Shown in pieces: positions 12,293 through 23,018 of a stretch of DNA of 64,000 bases; positions within the stretch are counted from its first letter, which is position 1, and every line of letters starts with the position of its first letter. A program made the position numbers and the translations under genes. Source of the DNA: Mobula hypostoma (Eukaryota); assembly GCF_963921235.1 (NCBI RefSeq), contig NC_086097.1, positions 166,658,001-166,722,000 of the forward strand, in the 5' to 3' direction. Below the pieces are notes generated by a model. The model searched no databases and had not been told where the DNA came from. It worked only from the letters and a program-made list of their open reading frames with translations.

Positions 12293-15200
12293 AGAGGGAT
12301 GGGAACCAGTGCAGAGAGACAGAGGGGTGTAAAGTGAGCGTAGAAGCAAAAAGTACAAAGGGGAAAAGTAAAAGTGGCAGGCCGACAAATCCAGGGCAAG
12401 CATTAAAAAGGGCTAAGAGAGTTGTAAAAGAGCGCCTGAAGGCTTTATGTGTCAATGCAAGGAGCATTCGTAATAAGGTGGATGAATTGAAAGTGCAGAT
12501 TGTTATTAATGATTATGATATAGTTGGGATCACAGAGACATGGCTCCAGGGTGACCAGGGATGGGAGCTCAACGTTCAGGGATATTCAATATTCAGGAGG
12601 GATAGACATGAAGGAAGGGGAGGTGGGGTGGCGTTGCTGGTTAAAAAAGAGATTAACGCAATAGAAAGGAAGGACATAAGCCGGGAAGATGTGGAATTGA
12701 TATGGGTAGAGCTGCGTAACACTAAGGGGCAGAAGACGCTGCTGGGAGTTGTGTACAGGCCACCTAACAGTAGTAGTCAGGTCGGAGATGGTATTAAACA
12801 GGAAATTAGAAATGTGTGCAATAAAGGAACAGCAGTTATAATGGGTGACTTCAATCTACATGTAGACTGGGTGAACCAAATTGGTAAAGGTGCTGAGGAA
12901 GAGGATTTCTTGGAATGTATGCGGGATGGTTTTTTGAACCAACATGTCGAGGAACCGACTAGAGAGCAGGCTATTCTGGACTGGGTTTTGAGCAATGAGG
13001 AAGGGTTAATTAGCGATCTTGTCGTGAGAGGCCCCTTGGGTAAGAGTGACCATAATATGGTGGAATTCTTCATTAACATGGAGAGTGACGTAGTTAATTC
13101 AGAAACAAAGGTTCTGAACTTAAAGAGGGGTAACTTTGAAGGTATGAGACATGAATTAGCTAAGATAGACTGGCAAATGACACTTCAAGGATTGACGGTG
13201 GATATGCAATGGCAGGCATTTAAAGGTTGCATGGATGAACTACAACAATTGTTCATCCCAGTTTGGCAAAAGAATAAATCAAGGAAGGTAGTGCACCCGT
13301 GGCTGACAAGAGAAATTAGGGATAGTATCAATTCCAAAGAAGTAGCATACAAATTAGCCAGAGAAAGTGGCTCACCTGAGGACTGGGAGAAATTCAGAGT
13401 TCAGCAGAGGAGGACAAAGGGCTTAATTAGGAAGGGGAAAAAAGATTATGAGAGAAAACTGGCAGAGAACATAAAAACGGACTGTAAAAGCTTTTATAGA
13501 TATGTAAAAAGGAAAAGACTGATAAAGACAAATGTAGGTCCCCTGCAAACAGAAACAGGTGAATTGATTATGGGGAGCAAGGACATGGCAGACCAATTGA
13601 ATAATTACTTTGGTTCTGTCTTCACTAAGGAGGACATAAATAATCTTCCAGAAATAGTAAGGGACAGAGGGTCCAGTGAGATGGAGGAACTGAGCGAAAT
13701 ACATGTTAGTAGGGAAGTGGTGTTAGGTAAATTGAAGGGATTGAAGGCAGATAAATCCCCAGGGCCAGATGGTCTGCATCCCAGAGTGCTTAAGGAAGTG
13801 GCCCAAGAAATAGTGGATGCATTAGTGATAATTTTTCAAAACTCGTTAGATTCTGGACTAGTTCCTGAGGATTGGAGGGTGGCTAATGTAACCCCACTTT
13901 TTAAAAAAGGAGGGAGAGAGAAACCGGGGAATTATAGGCCGGTTAGCCTAACGTCGGTGGTGGGGAAACTGCTGGAGTCAGTTATCAAGGATGTGATAAC
14001 AGCACATTTGGAAAGCGGTGAAATGATCGGACAAAGTCAGCATGGATTTGTGAAAGGAAAATCATGTCTGACGAATCTCATAGAATTTTTTGAGGATGTA
14101 ACTAGTAGAGTGGATAGGGGAGAACCAGTGGATGTGGTATATTTGGATTTTCAAAAGGCTTTTGACAAGGTCCCACACAGGAGATTAGTGTGCAAACTTA
14201 AAGCACATGGTATTGGGGGTAAGGTATTGGTGTGGGTGGAGAATTGGTTAGCAGACAGGAAGCAAAGAGTGGGAATAAACGGGACCTTTTCAGAATGGCA
14301 GGCGGTGACTAGTGGGGTACCGCAAGGCTCAGTGCTGGGACCCCAGTTGTTTACAATATATATTAATGACTTGGATGAGGGAATTAAATGCAGCATCTCC
14401 AAGTTTGCGGATGACACGAAGCTGGGTGGCAGTGTTAGCAGTGAGGAGGATGCTAAGAGGATGCAGGGTGACTTGGATAGGTTGGGTGAGTGGGCAAACT
14501 CATGGCAGATGCAATTTAATGTGGATAAATGTGAAGTTATCCACTTTGGTGGCAAAAATAGGAAAACAGATTATTATCTGAATGGTGGCCGATTAGGAAA
14601 AGGGGAGGTGCAACGAGACCTGGGTGTCATTATACACCAGTCATTGAAAGTGGGCATGCAGGTACAGCAGGCGGTGAAAAAGGCGAACGGTATGCTGGCA
14701 TTTATAGCGAGAGGATTCGAGTACAGGAGCAGGGAGGTACTACTGCAGTTGTACAAGGCCTTGGTGAGACCACACCTGGAGTATTGTGTGCAGTTTTGGT
14801 CCCCTAATCTGAGGAAAGACATCCTTGCCATAGAGGGAGTACAAAGAAGGTTCACCAGATTGATTCCTGGGATGGCAGGTCTTTCATATGAAGAAAGACT
14901 GGATGAACTGGGCTTGTACTCGTTGGAATTTAGAAGATTGAGGGGGGATCTGATTGAAACGTATAAGATCCTAAAGGGATTGGACAGGCTAGATGCGGGA
15001 AGATTGTTCCCGATGTTGGGGAGGTCTAGAACGAGGGGTCACAGTTTGAGGATAGAGGGGAAGCCTTTTAGGACCGAGGTTAGGAAAAACTTCTTCACAC
15101 AGAGAGTGGTGAATCTGTGGAATTCTCTGCCACAGCAAACTGTTGAGGCCAGTTCATTAGCTATGTTTAAAAGGAAGTTAGATATGGCCCTTGTGGCTAC

Positions 15201-15343
15201 AGGGGTCACGGGGTATGGAGGGAAGGCTGGGTTCTGAGTTGGATGATCAGCCATGATCATAATAAATGGCGGTGCAGGCTCGAAGGGCCGAATGGCCTAC
15301 TCCTGCACCTATTTTCTATGTTTCTATGTTTCTATGTTTCTAT
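12293..15343 (+). mobile_element. Young CR1 LINE copy A, 5'-truncated, with uninterrupted ORF2 (APE endonuclease + reverse transcriptase)
   Basis: ORF 12334-15237 (967 aa) with NARS, GITETW, GDFN, SDHN (endonuclease) and [19 protein letters not shown] (RT) motifs; 3' tail of TTTCTATG repeats. Confidence 0.97.
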
Positions 15344-15659
15344 TACAAATAGCATTATTTAATTCTATGACTGCTACAATACTGTCTACAAATTCAGAAG
15401 AAACATTAGAAGGATAAATTGTTAATTTATAAAAATACTGATATATTACATAAATATCAATACTCATATATGTTACATTGGATTTCAGTTTTTGTGATTA
15501 TAACTTTTGCGTTTTCACTGATTAACAGCTGGTTTATTGAAATTGTGTGGTATGTCATTGGCAACTGTTTCCAAACTACAGACTAACTATGTAAACATTT
15601 AATAAAAAATGAGGTGATGTCTACATTGAGTTCTTGTATATAAAGAGGAATACTCTTAC

Positions 15660-15818
15660 CCTTGAAACAGGAACAAGTTGATATAGTTGTAGCTCTTAGT
15701 CAGAAAGTTACCAAGGACACGTGTTGGGTAACCACAACGTATCTGATATGCTGACAATCCAAAGTAAACACATTTAACAAAGTACCAAACCTGTGCAACT
15801 GAGTTCTGGCTAAATTTT
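15660..15818 (-). CDS. PIEZO2: PIEZO2 coding exon (KFSQNSVAQVWYFVKCVYFGLSAYQIRCGYPTRVLGNFLTKSYNYINLFLFQG)
   Basis: Acceptor ttcttgcAG|A, donor GG|GTaaga; 159 nt, phase 2/2. Confidence 0.97.
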
Positions 15819-16044
15819 CTGCAAGAAAATGACAAAGAAAGCTTTTTTTGGAGTTCCATGCCAACAAAGATAAATACACCAACAGAATTAAACTGTACTT
15901 CTAGAAATTTCCCTCAAGTATAAATTAGCTGCCATTGTTAGCAGCAATTTTTGGCCTACATTTAAATAACAAAGTAATTTTTCTACAAAACTAACAATTT
16001 CTTCCCATAAATTTTATATTTAGTTAAAATAAAATAAAACCTAC

Positions 16045-16259
16045 CGCTCTGTCACCCTTGGCAAGATAAAGAACATCCAGAAGTGGATTCCAAAAACAAG
16101 GATGACTTGGAAGATAACTTTTCCTAAGACTGTCTTTCTGAGGTAGAGTGCTCGGTCTACCACCATTGTTCCAAACTGAATTATCAGCATCACCAAAAAT
16201 GCCTCTGGCACTTGATCCTCTGACAAAGATGATGTTATGTCAGCAGCTGCTGAATGTTT
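16045..16259 (-). CDS. PIEZO2: PIEZO2 coding exon (KHSAAADITSSLSEDQVP...DRALYLRKTVLGK...FILPRVTE)
   Basis: Acceptor ttccacAG|AAA, donor CG|GTagg; 215 nt, phase 0 to 2. Confidence 0.97.
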
Positions 16260-16376
16260 CTGTGGAAGTCAAAGGAAACATGATTCACATATGCCAAAAG
16301 ATATAGGAGCAGAATTCGGCCATTTTGGCCACTGAATCTGCTTTGTCATTCAATCAAAGCTGATTTTTCTTTAAAA

Positions 16377-17778
16377 CCCTTCTTTAAAAGAAAGGGAGTA
16401 GAGGTAGCCCAGGAAATTATAGACCAATGAGTCTTATTTCAGTGGTTGGTAAGTTGATGAAGAAGATCCTGAGAGGCAGGATTTATGAACATTTGGAGAG
16501 GTATTATATGATTAGGAATACTCAGCATGGCTTTGTCAAGGGCAGGTCGTGCCTTACGAGCCTGATCGAATTTTTTGAGGATGTGACAAAACACATTGAT
16601 GAAGGAAGAGCAGTAGGTGTAGTGTATTTGGATTTCAGCAAGGCATTTGATAAGGTACCCCATGCAAGGCTTATTGAGAAAGTAAGGAGGCATGGGATCC
16701 AAGGGGACATTGCTTTGTGGATCCAGAACTGGCTTGCCCACAGAAGGCAAAGAGTGGTTGTAGACAGGTCATTTTCTGCATTGAGGTCGGTGACCAGTGG
16801 TGTGCCTCAGGGATCTGTTCTGGGACTCTTACTCTTTGTGATTTTTATAAATGACCTGGATGAAGGATGGGTTAGTAAGTTTGCTGATGACACAAAGGTT
16901 GGAGGTGTGGATGGGTGGAGGGCTGCCAGAGGTTACAGCGGGACATTGGTAGGATTCAAAACTGGGCTGAGAAGTGGCAGATGGAGTTCAACCAAGATAA
17001 GTGTGAACTGGTTCATTTTCGTAGGTCAAATATGATGGCAGAATATAGTATTAATGGTAAGACTCTTGGCAGTGTGGAGGATCAGAGGGACCTTGGGGTC
17101 CGAGTCTATAGCACGCTCAAAGCCACCGCGCAGGTTGACTCTGTGGTTAAGAAGGCGTACAGTGTATTGGCCTTCATCAATCGTGGAATTGAATTTCGGA
17201 GCCGAGGTAATATTGCAGCTGTATAGGACCCTGGTCAGACCCCACTTGGAGTACTGTGCTCAGTTCTGGTCGGCTCACTACAGGAAGGATGTGGAAGCCA
17301 TAGAAAGGGTGCAGAGGAGATTTACAAGGATGTTGCCTGGATGGGGGAGCATGCTTTATGAGAATAGGTTGAGTGAACTCGGCCTTTTCTCCTTGGAGCG
17401 ACGGAGGATGAGAGATGACCTGATAGAGGTGTATAAGATGATGAGAGGCATTGATCGTGTGGATAGTCAGAGGCTTTTTTCTAGGACTGAAATGGTTGCC
17501 AGAAGAGGACACAGGTTTAAGGTGCTGGGGAGTAGGTACAGAGATGTCGGGGGTAAGTTTTTTACGCAGAGAGTGGTGAGTGCATGGAATGGGCTGCCGG
17601 CAAAGGTGGATATGATAGGGTCTTTAAAGAGACTTTTGGATAAGTACATGGAGATTAGAAGAATAGAGGGCTATGGGGAAGTTCAGTGCTTTCTAGGGTA
17701 GGGACGTGTTTGGCACAACTTTGTGGGCCGAAGGGCCTGTATTGTGCTGTAGGTTTTCTACATTTCTCTGTTTCTATG
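16377..17778 (+). mobile_element. CR1 LINE, 5'-truncated RT region with frameshifts (different subfamily), nested in an older CR1 3'-end fragment
   Basis: RT fragments at 16427-17035, 16915-17226 and 17054-17701 (KFADD present); TTTCTATG-like tail; flanks 16297-16370 and 17780-17815 look like the two halves of a minus-strand CR1 3' end. Confidence 0.9.
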
Positions 17779-17860
17779 TAATCCATTCTCCCACCTTGTC
17801 CCCATAAACTTTTAATCTCTGCCCGATTACATGGCTTGAGCAGATCACACTGAACTAAGC

Positions 17861-18009
17861 AACACACATCAAAGTTGCTGGTGAATGCAGCAGGCCAGGC
17901 AGCATCTCTAGGAAGAGGTACAGTCGACGTTTCGGGCCGAGAACCTTCGTCATGTGTGTTGCTTGAATTTCCAGCATCTGCAGAATTCCTATTGTTTGCG
18001 TTTTTAAAT
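17861..18009. mobile_element. Fold-back element copy, 16-bp TSD
   Basis: TCACACTGAACTAAGC at 17845-17860 and 18010-18025. Confidence 0.85.
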
Positions 18010-19485
18010 TCACACTGAACTAAGCTACATCTTTGGCACAAGCCATGTACTAAGGGCTTCAAAATGAGCATAACAATGTTGCTGCAGTTTGATAAACAGA
18101 AGGGCAGAGATTACCAGCATTTATAAACTTATTCATGTTTTTACATCTAGGATGTTTAACTCTGAACCTGCCAGTTTATCCTGCATTTTGCTGAAGCGGA
18201 CAAATCCTACTCCCTGTGACAGGCAAACAAACCCAGATGTATTAAAGAACCTGGATGGTTAATTATCTGCAACATCCAAGAATCTCCCAAACTCAGCTAC
18301 TGGAAAATGAAATGTAAGAAATCATTGGTTATATTCACATATTTATGTCAATTTGGAGTAATCGAATCCCGTTTTGGCAATTGTCAACATTCAGAAAATG
18401 GACATCTGGAATTTAAACAGCTGAGGGTTTTGTTCTTGCCATATGAGAAACAAGCATCATAAGTTAGAAAGGCATAACAACCAGCATAATTTACCACAGG
18501 TGTGTGATTGCATTGAATATACTTATTATTAGGATTATTATGGCAGCATGGTTCATTAGTAATAATAAAGGCTTGCCTCTGTAGTCCAAACACAGTGGGT
18601 GACGATGATTTGGAGAAGAGAAGCATGTATTAAATGGTGAATATTCAATGCATATTTCCTAAACTTCTAAGTAACTCATTTCAATTTACAGTTGTGTAAA
18701 GAAGTAGCTCAATCTATTTTGGATCAACAGGTTCTGAAGAATTGGTGTATGAAATGCACTAAGACAATCGTGAAGAGATGTGAATTGCTAGAGATCTTCT
18801 TTATGTTAATTGAAAAGGTCTCCTTTATTGTTGGAGCTTTCTTTGCAAGGCTACTGCAGTAATATAGAATAAACTTTTCAATTTCTCTACCATTTCATAA
18901 CAGGTTTCATTCTTTTCTGTCTGAAGAATTCATTGATACCCAAACCTAAGGAACACCAAGAAAGTAGAACATGTGGGCATGGCATATTAATAGTGTGCAC
19001 GGGAATGTAGTATAAATTGCAGGAATATTGTATTAAAGAATGAATATTGTACAGGATAATCATTTAACAATTCTGTAGGCTTGATGATTTACTGTGCAAG
19101 TCTCTAAGAATGTGACACCAGTACATAAAAACCAGATTTAAAAAAAAACTAAATAGCTGCAACAAAAGTAAAAGAAATATTGCAGGAAAAAAGTCATCAT
19201 GGAAAATATATTATTGAACTAACGTCAAGTACTGTCACAAAGTGGAATGAATATTATTATTTATAGATAATACATTGAGGAAAAAATGTTTGCTCTGAAT
19301 CAATTTGAAAGCAATAGTATGATAATATCCATCATCATCTGCTAAAGTTTCAAAAGAAAATCAATGAGTGACTTTAAGAAAGACTGGCAAACAGGCAGGG
19401 TTCTGGGTAAAAATGAAGAAAATTTCAGAAACCTTACAGCAAGTACTCTAGATCTTGTCAGAAATGCTTTAAAACATTTACATAC

Positions 19486-19633
19486 CCCAAACGCTCCAAA
19501 ACCAAAGACAATAACAATGAAGTCCACCACATCAGCCATGAACATCAACACATAAACATCTGTCACCGCACTGTACTCTGGGTGGATGATGTTGTAGAAG
19601 AAATGTCTGATTGGGAAATAGATTTGAAGTATT
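19486..19633 (-). CDS. PIEZO2: PIEZO2 coding exon (ILQIYFPIRHFFYNIIHPEYSAVTDVYVLMF...FGFGAFG)
   Basis: Acceptor tttttcAG|A, donor GGG|GTatgt; 148 nt, phase 2 to 0. Confidence 0.97.
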
Positions 19634-21279
19634 CTGAAAAACAACACAATTTGATTGAAATTCTCCAGCAAGTGCTCACAGGTGAAGCTGACATATGTTA
19701 AACCTTATATAGCATACAAAAGCTAGTGAAGCAGTGATTTGAGAGTTCTCCTTCTAATTTAATAATTTGTAATCACTCTTATCAATGTGGACTCCTCAAC
19801 ACTGGAGAGATGAGTTTGGGTGACTGCTTTGCGGAGCATCTGTGCTTATGTCTGTAGCTGTACTCTACTCTCAGGTTACAACTCTCTGACTTTGACCTTC
19901 TACCTAGCCTAATAAAGTCCAAGCCAACACAAAGGAAAAGCATTTTCATCCTTCAGCTGGACAAATACAAGCAGGCTCTTTTCCACTGAGGTTGGGTGAG
20001 AGTACAACTGGAGGTCATGGGTTAAGGATGAAAAGTGAAATGTTTAAGAGGATCATGAGGAGAAACTTCACTCAGAGGGTGGTGACAGCATGGAACGAGC
20101 TGCCAGCACAACTGGTGGATGTAGGTTTGATTTCAACATTTGGTTAGGTACATGGATGGGAGAGGCATGGAGGATAATGGTCCAGCTGCAGGTCAATGGG
20201 ACTAGGCAGATTAATAGTTCAGCACAGGCTAGATGAGCCAAAGGGTTTGTTTCAGTGCTGTAGTGTTCTAGGATTCTAATCCTGTAGAGATTCACAGTTA
20301 GATTTGTACTGCAGGGAAACAGCTCCCTCGTCCCAACACATCACTAGTGACCTTTTTGCCCAATCTACACTAATTCTATTTGTCCACAATAGGACCATAT
20401 TCTTCTAAATCTTGCCTGAGTGCCTTTCTAAAGGTTTCCTGAACATAGTAGCTGTAAATGCCTTTTAAACATTGAAATCGTATCTAGCTCCATCACATCC
20501 TCAGGCAGTACATACCAGATATTAACCACTTAATGAATGAAGGAACAAATAAATTAGACACTTTTAGCAATTTCAGGACATTTCAGTTAATGTATATTTT
20601 TTGGGATTTGAGCGCTATAGTTAAATTGGATGTAAAAGATTTGATTTCTCTATGATTTAAGCTTTAGTAATGTGCATGTTGTACTTGTTACCTTTTAATT
20701 ATCGAACTATTTGAATCTGTATCATGTAAAATTTGCTTGCTACACTGACAATACTGTGATTTAATATTAAAATAAAGAAAATAAGAAACTTTCTATTCAT
20801 TAAAAGGATAACTAATGAATTCTAGTATTAATTTCACCTTTAACATTATTAAATTTGTCAATAAATTGCTAAAAGAAACAGTTCTTGAGCATATGAAAAT
20901 CACTGGGAAAGCATTGGCTGCAAGTTAATCATTAGCTTCCTCAGATACATTTGCTCAGATATAAAACAACCTCCTTGTCAGATCTTTTCTCTCTAAACTG
21001 GCTCTCTAAGTTGTTGTTAAGCTGATATTTATATATTGAATCAGGTAAATTAAATGTACTTAATCGACATATTTCATAAACTGCATAGCAAAAATATAAG
21101 GAATGGGAGGAGGACACCAATACAAACAGTGGAACTTGAGTATCCCCTTCACAAAGTTATGACAAATTCCAATATGGTTTGGCTAGTGATATGGAGGGAA
21201 GCAGATAATACTTCATCAAAAATTCTGGCAATACTTGACAAAGCATGCAAGGGATTTTGTTGATCTATTTTGACAATTC

Positions 21280-22940
21280 TTCCATGTAGATGATTCCAAA
21301 ATTGGTGCTGTAGTGGACAGAGAAGAGGGATGTCTAAGATTACAACAGAATCTAGATTGACTAGGAAAGTGCGCTAAAGAATGGCAGGTGAAATTTAACT
21401 CAGCCATAAGGTGTTGCATTTTGGTAAGTTAAACCAGGGCACAAATAGAAAGTGAATAGTAGGGTCCTGGAGAGTGTTCTGGAACAGAGAATCCTAGGCA
21501 CACAGGTACAATGATCCCTGGAAATGGAAGCATATGTAGATAGTGTGGTGAAGAATGTGGCATGGTTGCCTTCATTGGTCAGAGCATTAAGTACAGGAGC
21601 TGAAACATTACATTACAACTACACATGTTGCTCAGACTGCATTTGGAGCATTGCGGGTAGTTTCGGTCACCCAGTTTTAGGAAGAATGTCATTAAGCTGG
21701 AAAGGGTACAGAAAACATTTATGAGGATGCTGCTGGAACCGGAGAGCTTGAGTTATAAAAGGAGAGACTGGATAAGCTGGTTCATTTTGCCCTGCTGAGT
21801 AGGATGCTGATGGGTGACCTTACAGAGATACTGTATACAAAATCATGGGAGGCACATATAAAGTGAAAGGTCACAGTCTTTTTCTAAGTGTAGTGGAGTC
21901 TAAAACTAGAGGAAATAGGATTAAGGTGAGACGGGAAAGATTTAAAAGTGACTTGAGGGGTGTTTGCTCTTGCACAGAGGGTGGTAGTAGTGAGCCACCA
22001 GAGGGAGCTGTAGAGGTGGCTACACTTACCAATGTATAAAAGGCATTTGGACATGTACACAGATAGGAAAAATTTAGAGGGATCTGGCAATAAGCAGGGG
22101 AACAGGACTTGCTTAGGTAGAAAACTTGGTTGGCATGGATGATTTGGCCCAGTGATCCTGTTTCCATCCTCTATTACTTTTTGACTATGACTCGATATGT
22201 ATCTGTGATGAGAAGTCATTTAGTTCTGTTATTGGGTTATTGATGCTTGACACTGGTAATCCATTCCAGAGAGACAGATGATGTTAGCCTAATTGTACCA
22301 GTACTGAGGCTGATCCTTCTCTTCAAGAATCTATCAATTAAGATTGACTTAAGGAAAAGAAAAATACATCAGAAAGTCAAAACGCAGCTGCATAAAATTT
22401 TGGTTCAGCTTCACTTGGGGTATTGTGGGCAGTTCTGGTCACTCCATTATAGGAAGGATGTGGAGGCTCGGGGAAGGGTGCAAAATAGGCTTACCAGAAT
22501 GCTGCCTGGAATAGAAGATGATTAGAAATAAGGAGAGGTTGGACAAACTTGGATTGTTTTGTCTGGAGCATCAGAAGCTGTGGGGAGATATGATTGAAGT
22601 ATAAAGTTGTGTGATGCATAGATAGGGTAGACATTCAGAATCTTTGTCCCAAGGTCGAAATGTTGAATGCTAGGGGGCACAGATCAAAGAAATCGTAGGC
22701 AAGTTTTTTCTTACACAGAGGGTGCTAGGTGACAGGGACTTGCAGCCGGGGTAGTAGTGGAAGCGGATATAACAGTGGTATTCAAGAGGCTTTTAGATAA
22801 GCACATGAACTTGCAGCAAACGGGGAGAGAGGAGGATCACGTCTGGGCAAAAGGGTTAGTTTAATTCAGCGTCAGGGTTAGCACAGACATGGTGGGCTGA
22901 AGGATCTTTCCCTCTGCTGTACAGTTCTACATTTTATGTA
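21280..22940 (+). mobile_element. Two adjacent old CR1 3' fragments (about 21280-22190 and 22380-22940)
   Basis: Degenerate DDSKIG and HLGYCGQFWSLHYRKDV sequences; CR1-type 3' ends. Confidence 0.75.
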
Positions 22941-23018
22941 CATTTAGGTGCATGAAAGATACCTTAAAATTTATTCTCTTATAGTCGGTGATGAGTTTTC
23001 CTTATTAATTCAAGAGTT

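Noticed and set aside
12334..15237. RT ORF as a retron, DGR, group II intron or domesticated gene
   Set aside because: APE endonuclease plus RT, an 8-bp tail repeat, 5' truncation and a near-identical second copy identify an ordinary CR1 LINE.
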